Shown: positions 18,299-26,309 of the stretch, in pieces
Numbering within the stretch: the stretch's first letter is position 1
Layout: every line of letters starts with the position of its first letter
IMG/VR virus record: IMGVR_UViG_3300017828_000005
Coordinates: 1 to 35,722 of that record
Source: a virus
Taxonomy: Duplodnaviria; Caudoviricetes
DNA: 35,722 bases
Reading direction: 5' to 3' (one strand)
Program-made: the position numbers and the translations under genes
The notes under the pieces: generated by a model
Told to the model about the DNA's origin: nothing
Database searches by the model: none
Seen by the model: only the letters and a program-made list of their open reading frames with translations

Positions 18299-19540
18299 TT
18301 ATTTCCACCAAATATTTTTTCTAACAGTCTCTCTATTTCCTTCTTCAAAATATCTCCATAAATAAGCTGTCTTTGGAATTCCCGTATAACCATTGTCCCA
18401 CTCCCACTTTCCTGTATTACTAATACTCCTCATAAACTGTACATTCATTCCTATAGAATCTTTACTACGAAGGAATTGGTACTGTTCCTCATTATGAATA
18501 TCACCAAGAAATGCCTTACGAATACCTCCTTTGGTCTGTGACCAAATATCAGTAGCCTCTTCAGCAAAGTTAATAGGAAGCTTTTGCATCTTAGATCTAC
18601 TCTTTAAATGATATCCATGAGCAAACATAAATCCATTCTTTCCAAATCTATAGTACTTTCTCTTCTTTCTTTCTCTATTTACATGAACATGTGAAGTTGT
18701 AGCAAATGCCTGCTCAAGAAGTTTCCCAAGAAAGAAATCAAGATCCTCATCATGATTCCCATAGATTACAGGTACATGAACAGCATGAAAGTTCTCTGCT
18801 GCCCATCGAATAACTCGAATTATAGCATCAGATCCAGCATCAAATGATTCCTGAAATGGTACAATTACTCGTTGCTCAGTGCCTCTTTTAGTAGTATTAC
18901 GATCATCGTTAACTGTCCAGAAATCACTACCCACAGGAATAAATACAGTATCAACTCCATCTTTCTTTGATTGTCTTAGAAGTTTAAGACTTTCTTGTTC
19001 AAAAGATTCTACATTCTCTTCAATAGTTGCATCAGTATCATATCCAGTTTCATCAGCAAGAACTACTTTATCAATGTGTGCATCATGGAGTCCAAGAACA
19101 TCACATCTTTTTTCTGATCCTGAGTTTAAAGAAGGACGTTTAATCTTTGGAGTTGAAATGTCTCCTAGCTTCTTTTCAAAGCGATCTTCTAGGTGACTAA
19201 AATTAAGTTGATAGTTTGAATGTGGTTCAATAGAAAACCTGGGGGTTCCATCATGAGTTTCCCAATATTTGTAACTCTTTACATCAGATCTTATTAATCC
19301 AAGTGATTCAAGTTTCTCTTCAAAAGCCTCTTCAATTGTAGGATCATTAAATTGTATCTCTTCTTCTGCTTGATAGTCTTCATTGTTTTTAACTGCACTC
19401 TGAATATCTCTAACATCTTTTTCTGTAAGATTCTGAGATGCAAACTTTCTTTTTATTCTACTAGCTCCCCATTTTAGATAGCCTCTATTATCATCAAGAA
19501 AGCTGTGTAATTGCTTCTTATCGTAGTTATAGTTAGCCAT
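18299..19540 (-). CDS. Calcineurin-like metallophosphoesterase with N-terminal helical (HTH-like) extension
   Basis: All metal-binding motifs are visible: HDAHID, VGSDFW, GNHD, FAHG, GDIH. Confidence 0.85.
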   Translation of the reverse strand: MANYNYDKKQLHSFLDDNRGYLKWGASRIKRKFASQNLTEKDVRDIQSAVKNNEDYQAEEEIQFNDPTIEEAFEEKLESLGLIRSDVKSYKYWETHDGTPRFSIEPHSNYQLNFSHLEDRFEKKLGDISTPKIKRPSLNSGSEKRCDVLGLHDAHIDKVVLADETGYDTDATIEENVESFEQESLKLLRQSKKDGVDTVFIPVGSDFWTVNDDRNTTKRGTEQRVIVPFQESFDAGSDAIIRVIRWAAENFHAVHVPVIYGNHDEDLDFFLGKLLEQAFATTSHVHVNRERKKRKYYRFGKNGFMFAHGYHLKSRSKMQKLPINFAEEATDIWSQTKGGIRKAFLGDIHNEEQYQFLRSKDSIGMNVQFMRSISNTGKWEWDNGYTGIPKTAYLWRYFEEGNRETVRKNIWWK

Positions 19541-19546
19541 ATAAAT

Positions 19547-20161
19547 TTATCTGAACAGATTTCTAAGATTAAGTGAAGCTCCTAGACTATAGGATTTCAA
19601 CACCGGATCATATCCTGCTGTAATTCTATTTCCATTTTGAAAAGTCCAGGATCCTGTTATTTCAAATCCTAGACTATTTAGATTACTTGTTGCTCTAAGT
19701 CCAATGGACGGATATGGCTTTGGTTTCAGAGTCTTTGTAATAGTCTCTGTGATAGTAGTTGTAGTATTAACTTGAATCTCTATTGGATATGATGGAGTGT
19801 AAGTAAATGTTTGAGTTACTAAATAACCTTGTACTGTAGTTTTAATATTTCCAGTTAGTAGACTATCAGATACTGGAGTGTTATAAGTTCTAATATGACT
19901 AAGACCATTTTTAGGCTCTGCTCGAAAAGTATCTGTCTTTGTAATAATAACTGTATCTTTATCTACATTAGGATCTGGTATCTCTGGATTTATTTCCCTC
20001 TTAGTGGTATCTGCATAAACAGTATCTACAGTTCTTGTTTGAGTTGAATCTACATCTCTTTCTACTTGATATTCATTTGGTTGTATCTCAAATGATAACC
20101 ATATTCCTAGTCCAATAGACAGAGTAAAAAGACATATGATAGTATAGTCTTTAAGACTCAT
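19547..20161 (-). CDS. Membrane-anchored protein, putative spanin-like lysis protein
   Basis: N-terminal TM (YTIICLFTLSIGLGIWLSF), Thr-rich extended beta region (VDTVY, KDTVIITKTDT), C-terminal amphipathic beta strands; overlaps the holin-like gene by 11 nt. Confidence 0.5.
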   Translation of the reverse strand: MSLKDYTIICLFTLSIGLGIWLSFEIQPNEYQVERDVDSTQTRTVDTVYADTTKREINPEIPDPNVDKDTVIITKTDTFRAEPKNGLSHIRTYNTPVSDSLLTGNIKTTVQGYLVTQTFTYTPSYPIEIQVNTTTTITETITKTLKPKPYPSIGLRATSNLNSLGFEITGSWTFQNGNRITAGYDPVLKSYSLGASLNLRNLFR

Positions 20162-20516
20162 TTGCTTCTGGACGTTCTTTATGAAAGGTGGGGAGATTTG
20201 TTAGATGCTCCTTTTCTTCATCTGAAAGCTCATCATACCCATCAAGTTTACTAACAAGCATTTCTATCCTATCAATAAGAACATTGATTTGATATACTAG
20301 TTTGTTTTCCCTTTTCTTTAGTTTGTCCACCTCATCCTCTGTTTCTTCAAGCTTATGTTCTACACGATCTAATCTGTTTTCAAACCTATCAGCTATATCT
20401 ATTTTCTCTACATGTTCTTGTCTCTGCTTCTTTAAATACCAATACATAATTCCTCCTCCACCAGCAGAACCAAATAGTATACTAACTACTGCTGTTATAA
20501 CTTCTACAAGTGGCAT
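20151..20516 (-). CDS. Single-TM coiled-coil protein, putative holin/antiholin-like
   Basis: N-terminal TM (VITAVVSILFGSAGGGGIMYWYL) followed by KKQR and a long heptad coiled coil. Confidence 0.5.
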   Translation of the reverse strand: MPLVEVITAVVSILFGSAGGGGIMYWYLKKQRQEHVEKIDIADRFENRLDRVEHKLEETEDEVDKLKKRENKLVYQINVLIDRIEMLVSKLDGYDELSDEEKEHLTNLPTFHKERPEANES

Positions 20517-20557
20517 TCTAATGGTTTTATTTCACCTCCAATTTTAAAAATGATAAT

Positions 20558-20588
20558 AAAAAAGGAGAGGGAACTACCCCTCTCCCTT
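20558..20588 (-). terminator. Rho-independent terminator after the auxiliary capsid gene
   Basis: Stem GGAGAGGG (20564-71)/CCCTCTCC (20578-85), 6-nt loop, with an A-run on the + strand at 20558-63 (U-tract on the minus strand). Confidence 0.8.
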
Positions 20589-20608
20589 ATTGAGATTAAA
20601 TAATACTA

Positions 20609-21886
20609 TTAGCTAGATGCAAATGTAACTGGATCAAAGAACTCAGTAAAGTCATCAACTCCAGCAGTCCCATTACTTTCTGTTGCATTATTTAGAGCAG
20701 TACGCTCAAGAGCAACAATGTAATGAATACGCTCAACAGTCTTGTTCACTGCCTTTTCAGCATCTCCGGGAAACTGAAATGTGAAAAGGTCATAGCGAGC
20801 ACTAGACTGTCCGTATTCAGGATCCGTAGGAAGACTGCCAAGGAGGTTAGTACTTTGAACATAGTTTCCAAGAGTACCTCTGTCCTCTCGCTCATAATCA
20901 GAAATTTGAGCAGGAGTTCCTACACCATCATTAGGACTAAATCTTGTAGTGACTGAATCAGCATTGAAATTTCTAGTAGCTACATCAAAAATATCTCCTG
21001 TGTCAATTGCAGTTAATCGAAGAACCTCACTTGACATAGAAGCATCTGTAAGAGTAGCACTACCAGTACCAGTAACTGCCGCATCAAGAGTACCAGCATC
21101 CGTGAGGGTTAGATCATATCCTTCAACCTGATAAATAGTGAGATCACTATTACCATTTTCATCTACACGGAAAGCAACCCCATGTTGATCAAGGATGGTA
21201 TCTCCATGTTCAAAGACAAACTCACGGAAGGTTTCTTCTTCATCAGTATTAACCTCTTCGGTACTATAAGTAGTACCTTCAATAGTTAGATCAAAGGTAT
21301 CACCATTAGCAAGACCGGAGAGGCTAACACTTGCATTAGTACCATATTCAACACCAGCATATACTGAAGCTCCCTGAAAGTCATTAATCTGATCCTCACG
21401 ATCATTGATTGCATCCACAAAGGCTTCAACAATCTGTTCGTTTGAGAAACTAGAGAGGACTTCAACTTCATAAGAGCGTCTATTAAAAGGCTGGTGTCCC
21501 TGTTCAAGATCAGTAATTTTCACTGTCCAGAAATCATCAGAAGCAGGTGCTGACGGAAAGTCAACTGTAGTTACCTGCTGAGAGGGACGGGTGTAGGCAA
21601 GCTGAGAGATCTCTAGATCTCCAGTTGGAATTACTGGACTAGTTTCAACCAAACTATTAGACTGATCACGAAATACTAGCTGAACTGCATCATAGTCTGT
21701 AATATCGAGACTATTACCAAGATCAGCAGAGGTATCAATAGTATCACCAACAGCAGCACCGTTGGTAGGCTGAGTATCTCCAGCATTTCTAAGTTGGACG
21801 GTTAGATCATTAACATCATTGAGATTACTAACATTCTGCTCAAATGGTGTACCGTCATTTTGTACAAGAACACGAGTAAAGTGCAT
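20609..21886 (-). CDS. Auxiliary capsid protein-like (crAss gene 73 / gp36-like)
   Basis: 425 aa, acidic and beta-rich. AYTRPSQQVTTV, IVEAFVDAIND, GVGTPAQISDYE..RG and ARYDLFTFQF motifs; position after the first ring gene; strong-expression codon usage and its own terminator. Confidence 0.65.
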   Translation of the reverse strand: MHFTRVLVQNDGTPFEQNVSNLNDVNDLTVQLRNAGDTQPTNGAAVGDTIDTSADLGNSLDITDYDAVQLVFRDQSNSLVETSPVIPTGDLEISQLAYTRPSQQVTTVDFPSAPASDDFWTVKITDLEQGHQPFNRRSYEVEVLSSFSNEQIVEAFVDAINDREDQINDFQGASVYAGVEYGTNASVSLSGLANGDTFDLTIEGTTYSTEEVNTDEEETFREFVFEHGDTILDQHGVAFRVDENGNSDLTIYQVEGYDLTLTDAGTLDAAVTGTGSATLTDASMSSEVLRLTAIDTGDIFDVATRNFNADSVTTRFSPNDGVGTPAQISDYEREDRGTLGNYVQSTNLLGSLPTDPEYGQSSARYDLFTFQFPGDAEKAVNKTVERIHYIVALERTALNNATESNGTAGVDDFTEFFDPVTFASS

Positions 21887-21925
21887 AACTCGATTTTAGT
21901 TTTGTTTTCTTTATAGTGAAAAAGT

Positions 21926-21987
21926 ACTCAGAAAAGTAAAAAATAAAATCATCTGAGTGTAATACATCAGATGCATAATAGCATCTG
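21926..21987 (-). promoter_or_regulatory. Alternative-hairpin leader (attenuator-like) upstream of the auxiliary capsid gene
   Basis: Minus-strand RNA reads CAGAUGC-UAUUAU-GCAUCUGA-UGUAUUACA-C-UCAGAUG-AUUUUAUUUUUUACUUU-UCUGAGU; pairings 1:2 and 3:4 exclude 2:3 followed by a U-tract. Confidence 0.5.
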
Positions 21988-22014
21988 TTGTTTCAAAATC
22001 CTTAATGTTATATA

Positions 22015-22680
22015 CTATGATTGTTGTGTACTTTCTTGTCCAGCAAGAGAAGCAACGATCTTTCTTGCTGCAATATCAACTATATCTCTGTGATAATCTC
22101 CTGTTATCTCTGAATCTACATTGTTAGTAGCATTATTGGGATCTAAGAACATATCATTCGGTTGTCTTACATAATTAATAGCAAGTTTTGATGGGATCTC
22201 CCCATCTTCAGTATCATAGAGACCAATTAGATCCTTGTTATCAATATGTACAGGAGTTTCGGAAAATATTGGATCTTGATGATAGAGTGTTTTTCCCCTA
22301 TCATTAATAAAAGCTCTACTTACAATTCTAGTTGTTTTCCAGTGATCAGGAGTTGAATAATAGGCTCTTGCTGAAATGAAGTAATCATATTGGCTTGAAA
22401 GAGAAGTTAGATCATAAATAAATCCATTCTCAAGATCAGATAAGGTGTTTATTGAAGTAACAATATCTTCTTCAATAAGTCCTCTAAGAGCTTCATGTGC
22501 TTCAACCCCCTGTCTATCATCACTGTACTCTCTGAGAAATCTCCTGTTTTGATTAATAAACTCTCTTTGTGCATCATTAAGAAAATCATCAATCTCACCA
22601 GGAATAAGATTGGCAGTTGAATAACTACCAACCTTATCCACCTTCAGTAAGACCGAAGCGTGCATCTCTTCGACAGTCAT
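22015..22680 (-). CDS. Tail ring / head-tail connector protein (crAss gene 74-like)
   Basis: MTVEEMH...DKV.S....LIPGEIDDFLNDAQ.EFI; YVRQP; HRDIVDIA: conserved ring-protein motifs. Confidence 0.8.
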   Translation of the reverse strand: MTVEEMHASVLLKVDKVGSYSTANLIPGEIDDFLNDAQREFINQNRRFLREYSDDRQGVEAHEALRGLIEEDIVTSINTLSDLENGFIYDLTSLSSQYDYFISARAYYSTPDHWKTTRIVSRAFINDRGKTLYHQDPIFSETPVHIDNKDLIGLYDTEDGEIPSKLAINYVRQPNDMFLDPNNATNNVDSEITGDYHRDIVDIAARKIVASLAGQESTQQS

Positions 22681-22682
22681 AG

Positions 22683-23504
22683 TTAATTCTTGGCCTCCTC
22701 AAGCCGTGCCTTAAGTGAAGAAAGAGTACCGGAGTTTCTCTTATTCTTGAGATAAGCAACAACTTCATCAACTCCTCTACCAATTACTTCATCTTCAAAC
22801 ATGATTTGATTTCCGACTTTACGGAGTACATCATATTCAATGCACTGAAGTACAAAATCTTGCTTTTCAAGATCATCATCTTGAGATAGCCGGATAAATT
22901 CTCCAGGACGTTGTTCAAGCTCATCATGTAGTGTATTAACCTTTTCATCAATATCATTAATTTGATCAGGGTTTTCATTTGCAAATACCCGAAGCATGAG
23001 ATTAATCTTATCCTCATCATCCTTGACCTTAATAAACTCCTTATAAGCTTCAGACTTCACTTCAACATCCTTACGATTCTCTCTCTTCTTCTCTTCAGGA
23101 TCAAGAATCCAAAACATCTTATTTCTATTTCTTTTTGCTTTTTGCTCTGATTCAGCAACTTGAGGATGTGCTTGAGCAAACCTATAAAATACATAATCTT
23201 CTGGATTAATAGGATTACCATTGTCATCTCTAGCAACATTTAGTGGCTTTCCTCCAGAAGGTACATCAATTGTAATCTCCTTCCAATATGTAGAAGCTTT
23301 TTCATGAAATACAGAACCCTCTTCTGGATCTGCATCAATAATGCGTGGAAGAAGTTCTTTTTCTTCATCTCTTTCAAGTCCCTTAAGGGGCTTTCTATTC
23401 TTATAGACACTTGAAAGTCTGCGTATTGCATTCTTCCTCACATCTTGGGGAAGATCCCCTTTTGGTTCAACTCTGTGTAACCAAATTCTTCGTTGTTCAG
23501 ACAT
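22683..23504 (-). CDS. Conserved crAss-like protein downstream of MCP (gene 75-like)
   Basis: GL..EEKELLP.II..DP, YW.EITIDVP..G, PIN..DYV.YRFA..HPQVA and IGRGVDEVVAYLKN..N pattern; canonical position. Confidence 0.75.
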   Translation of the reverse strand: MSEQRRIWLHRVEPKGDLPQDVRKNAIRRLSSVYKNRKPLKGLERDEEKELLPRIIDADPEEGSVFHEKASTYWKEITIDVPSGGKPLNVARDDNGNPINPEDYVFYRFAQAHPQVAESEQKAKRNRNKMFWILDPEEKKRENRKDVEVKSEAYKEFIKVKDDEDKINLMLRVFANENPDQINDIDEKVNTLHDELEQRPGEFIRLSQDDDLEKQDFVLQCIEYDVLRKVGNQIMFEDEVIGRGVDEVVAYLKNKRNSGTLSSLKARLEEAKN

Positions 23505-23544
23505 AATAGTTAAGTTATTTTGTGATAGGTGACTTATTAAATAC

Positions 23545-23603
23545 CAACATAGAGAAAATCCTAGTACAGGCTACAAACCCATACTAGGATTGTTCTCTAG
23601 TTG
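23545..23603 (-). other. Long stem-loop immediately after the MCP stop (mRNA stabiliser/terminator/processing site)
   Basis: CAAC-A-TAGAGAA-AATCCTAGTA ... TACTAGGATT-G-TTCTCTA-GTTG inverted repeat of about 21 bp with two bulges. Confidence 0.65.
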
Positions 23604-23606
23604 ACC

Positions 23607-25028
23607 TTATGCAGCAATGCACTGAAGATCAAGCGAAGTATCAAATCTTCGCAGGAGAATACCACTGGTCTTCAGATAGTGAACGGAAGCACCATCAATA
23701 TCAGTAGCTCTTAGTCCGTTGGATTTTGAGAATCCATTTGGAACTGTAGAACCAGCAACAGCCCACTTCTTCATCTCCTCACCAGATTTATTAATCATCT
23801 GGAGGTTAGGCTCACCTTCGTAGTTGCTCTGATCAACAAAGCACATACGATAGGACTCAAGTGAATAACCAGTATCAGGATGCTTAGGTCGTGTATTACT
23901 TACAGGACCATGATCAAACAGTGGTTGCTTAACAACATTGACAGTATGACCATCAACGTGCTCATAGGTAGTGAAGTAACCAGTAAGACCAAGGTTTCTA
24001 CCTTCGCCATTGATAAACTTATTGTCATCAAGGATTTGGAAGTTGGTGGAGCCAACATAATCCTTCATAGCACGGTCGAACTCTCTCATTCCACCAGTAC
24101 CAGTATAAAGTGTAACCTGTCTATTCTGGCTATCAGTCATACCATAGAAGAGATCACCAATAACATCTCGGAGCTTATCTTCCGTTAGACTGGAATAAGT
24201 ATCCTTATTCACAACCTGCTGGAAGAGTCCGGGACCAATGTTAACGGGCTGATCATTTTCATCTCTGATAACGGTGTTTCCATTCTCATCATAACTCTGT
24301 TCACCGTACCAGTAAAGCATTTCCATCTCTTCTCTCCACTTCAGCATAAACTGCCACTCTTCAAACGGCATCCAAAGGTTTGTAGTACCGTTGGATGTAG
24401 GAAGCTCAATATCCATTGCATAGTCCTTAACAGAACCACCCATCTGATAACTCTTTCGTACCTTCGTGATCTTATGACGGATCTTAGAAGGTGTACTGAA
24501 GTTATGGGCATTACCCCGTGAGTGATCAGTACCAACAGGAGCAAAAAGCTGACCCCACTGAGCACCTGCCTGAAGGTCTTCAGAAGGTACCACTTCATTA
24601 GGATCACTATTTGCAATCTGAAGAGTGTACTCATATGCATCTCCAACTGGTCGAGGCTCTTCCATAATGCGGCACTGAACTCCCGAAGGACCAATAATTA
24701 CATAATCCTTAATAAACCACTTATCAGGGAATCGAAGTTGGAATCTCTCATTTCCTGCACCAACATTACTAGTGTTAGCGGGAGTCTGATCAACCGGACG
24801 AGTCCGATCAATCCTATCCATTACATTGTATTCATACTCATACTTATCAATACTTCGAGTATTACCAACTCCCTCAGTGAGCATTGTAAGAGGAAAGCGC
24901 TTATCCTCTCGACCCCCAAGAAAGACCATTGTTCTGGAAAGCTTCTCGGGATGCTGAAGCAGAGCCTGAGCCAGAGAATTCTGGTCAGTCATCTGTGAAT
25001 CGTTATATCTCTGCTTACTTACTCTCAT
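23607..25028 (-). CDS. Major capsid protein (Crassvirales-type HK97 fold)
   Basis: FPLTMLTEG, LWMPFEEWQF..WREE.E...WYG, G.GLFQQV, VTLYTGTGGMREFD.A, GYFTTYEHVDGHTV.V...PLFD.G...HP.TG..LESY motifs; follows portal and scaffold-like genes. Confidence 0.93.
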   Translation of the reverse strand: MRVSKQRYNDSQMTDQNSLAQALLQHPEKLSRTMVFLGGREDKRFPLTMLTEGVGNTRSIDKYEYEYNVMDRIDRTRPVDQTPANTSNVGAGNERFQLRFPDKWFIKDYVIIGPSGVQCRIMEEPRPVGDAYEYTLQIANSDPNEVVPSEDLQAGAQWGQLFAPVGTDHSRGNAHNFSTPSKIRHKITKVRKSYQMGGSVKDYAMDIELPTSNGTTNLWMPFEEWQFMLKWREEMEMLYWYGEQSYDENGNTVIRDENDQPVNIGPGLFQQVVNKDTYSSLTEDKLRDVIGDLFYGMTDSQNRQVTLYTGTGGMREFDRAMKDYVGSTNFQILDDNKFINGEGRNLGLTGYFTTYEHVDGHTVNVVKQPLFDHGPVSNTRPKHPDTGYSLESYRMCFVDQSNYEGEPNLQMINKSGEEMKKWAVAGSTVPNGFSKSNGLRATDIDGASVHYLKTSGILLRRFDTSLDLQCIAA

Positions 25029-25055
25029 AGTAAAAAATATTATTTAGATTAGAAA

Positions 25056-26216
25056 TTAAGAAATTGCTGAATCTAAGTCAAAGCCCTCAAGGTTTGGATC
25101 ATCCGACCTCTTTCTACTTTGACTACCCCTTTCGGATTTGTCAGAAACATCCCTACTGGAAGATTTTTTGAGCTTCTTACTCAACTGTTCAGCCCTCTTT
25201 GTAGAAGCCTGATTATCAATAAGATCACTAAGACTATCAAGCCCCTGAAAAGAAAGATAATAAAGGGCAAGAGTCTCTTCTCTATCCATATTTTGATAAT
25301 CAACTTCAGCCTGCGTCATACCCTCATCATTTACGGGTTCAAACAGGTAACTTTCAAATGTATCTTTTTGATCTTCAGGAAGTTGAACACCAGCTAGATT
25401 ATCAGACTCATGAATAGTCTCCTTAAATCTCTGCTGCTCCTTTTGAATCTCTTCCCTACGCTGTTCTTGCTTCTGTTCTTGTTCTTTAATAAGTTCTTGT
25501 CTTTTCTGCTCTTGCTTATTAGCAAGAATATTTTTAGCATCTTCTGCTTCTTGTTTTAGAACTCCTGAACTCTTATATGTTTCAACTTTTTGATCAACTT
25601 TTTCATCATCAAAACCCTCAACTGTCTGAAGCTTTTCTCTAACAATTTCTTCCTGTCTTCCTTCTCTTCCTTCAAGCTCCAGATCTTCATAACTTGGTGA
25701 GTTTAGAACCTCTTCTCTAAATGTATCGGGATCTCCACCATTTGCTCTATAAGTTGCATATTCAGCAACATCAGGATACTGCTCAAAGAAGGTATTAATC
25801 TCATTCTGAGCCATCTTCTTTCCTCCCTTCTTTGCAACATCTAGAGCATCATCCCAAGTATCATCAAGATCATCTTCAAAATCTTCTTCAGGATCAAGTC
25901 CAAACTGAGAAGCAAGATCATCTACAAATCGTGTATCATCGACTTCTTCTTGGTCTTCTGTATTAGTCTCTTCTTCATTACTAGTATCTTCTTCTGTTTC
26001 ATCTGTACTTTCTTCCTCTTCATCTACATTGTCTTCTTCAAAAGCTTCTTCTAGCTTATCTTCATCAATATCTTCAATAGTTTCCTTTTCCTCTGTGTCA
26101 TCATTTGTTGGCTCAGGTTCATCTGTCTGATCTGGTTCACTTTGTTCTTCCAAATCAGCAGGTTCATCTTCATCCTCAAGCTCATCAAATGTAACTTCAT
26201 CTAGATCAAAAGGCAT
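25056..26216 (-). CDS. Acidic scaffold-like protein (crAss gene 77-like)
   Basis: Very D/E-rich disordered N-terminus, YRANGGDP motif, Q/E coiled coil; lies between portal and MCP. Confidence 0.7.
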   Translation of the reverse strand: MPFDLDEVTFDELEDEDEPADLEEQSEPDQTDEPEPTNDDTEEKETIEDIDEDKLEEAFEEDNVDEEEESTDETEEDTSNEEETNTEDQEEVDDTRFVDDLASQFGLDPEEDFEDDLDDTWDDALDVAKKGGKKMAQNEINTFFEQYPDVAEYATYRANGGDPDTFREEVLNSPSYEDLELEGREGRQEEIVREKLQTVEGFDDEKVDQKVETYKSSGVLKQEAEDAKNILANKQEQKRQELIKEQEQKQEQRREEIQKEQQRFKETIHESDNLAGVQLPEDQKDTFESYLFEPVNDEGMTQAEVDYQNMDREETLALYYLSFQGLDSLSDLIDNQASTKRAEQLSKKLKKSSSRDVSDKSERGSQSRKRSDDPNLEGFDLDSAIS

Positions 26217-26309
26217 GTTATTTCGGATTCTGTTTTATTCTTGGTTATAATCTATGATAGGTTTAAAGCTTTGTTCTCCCATAAAACAGGAGCTTATAAT
26301 ATGTCACTT

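Noticed and set aside
26266-26295. Weak inverted repeat AAGCT..TGTT/AACA..AGCTT between the portal and scaffold genes
   Set aside because: Short and mismatched in AT-rich DNA; could be chance, so not called as a terminator.
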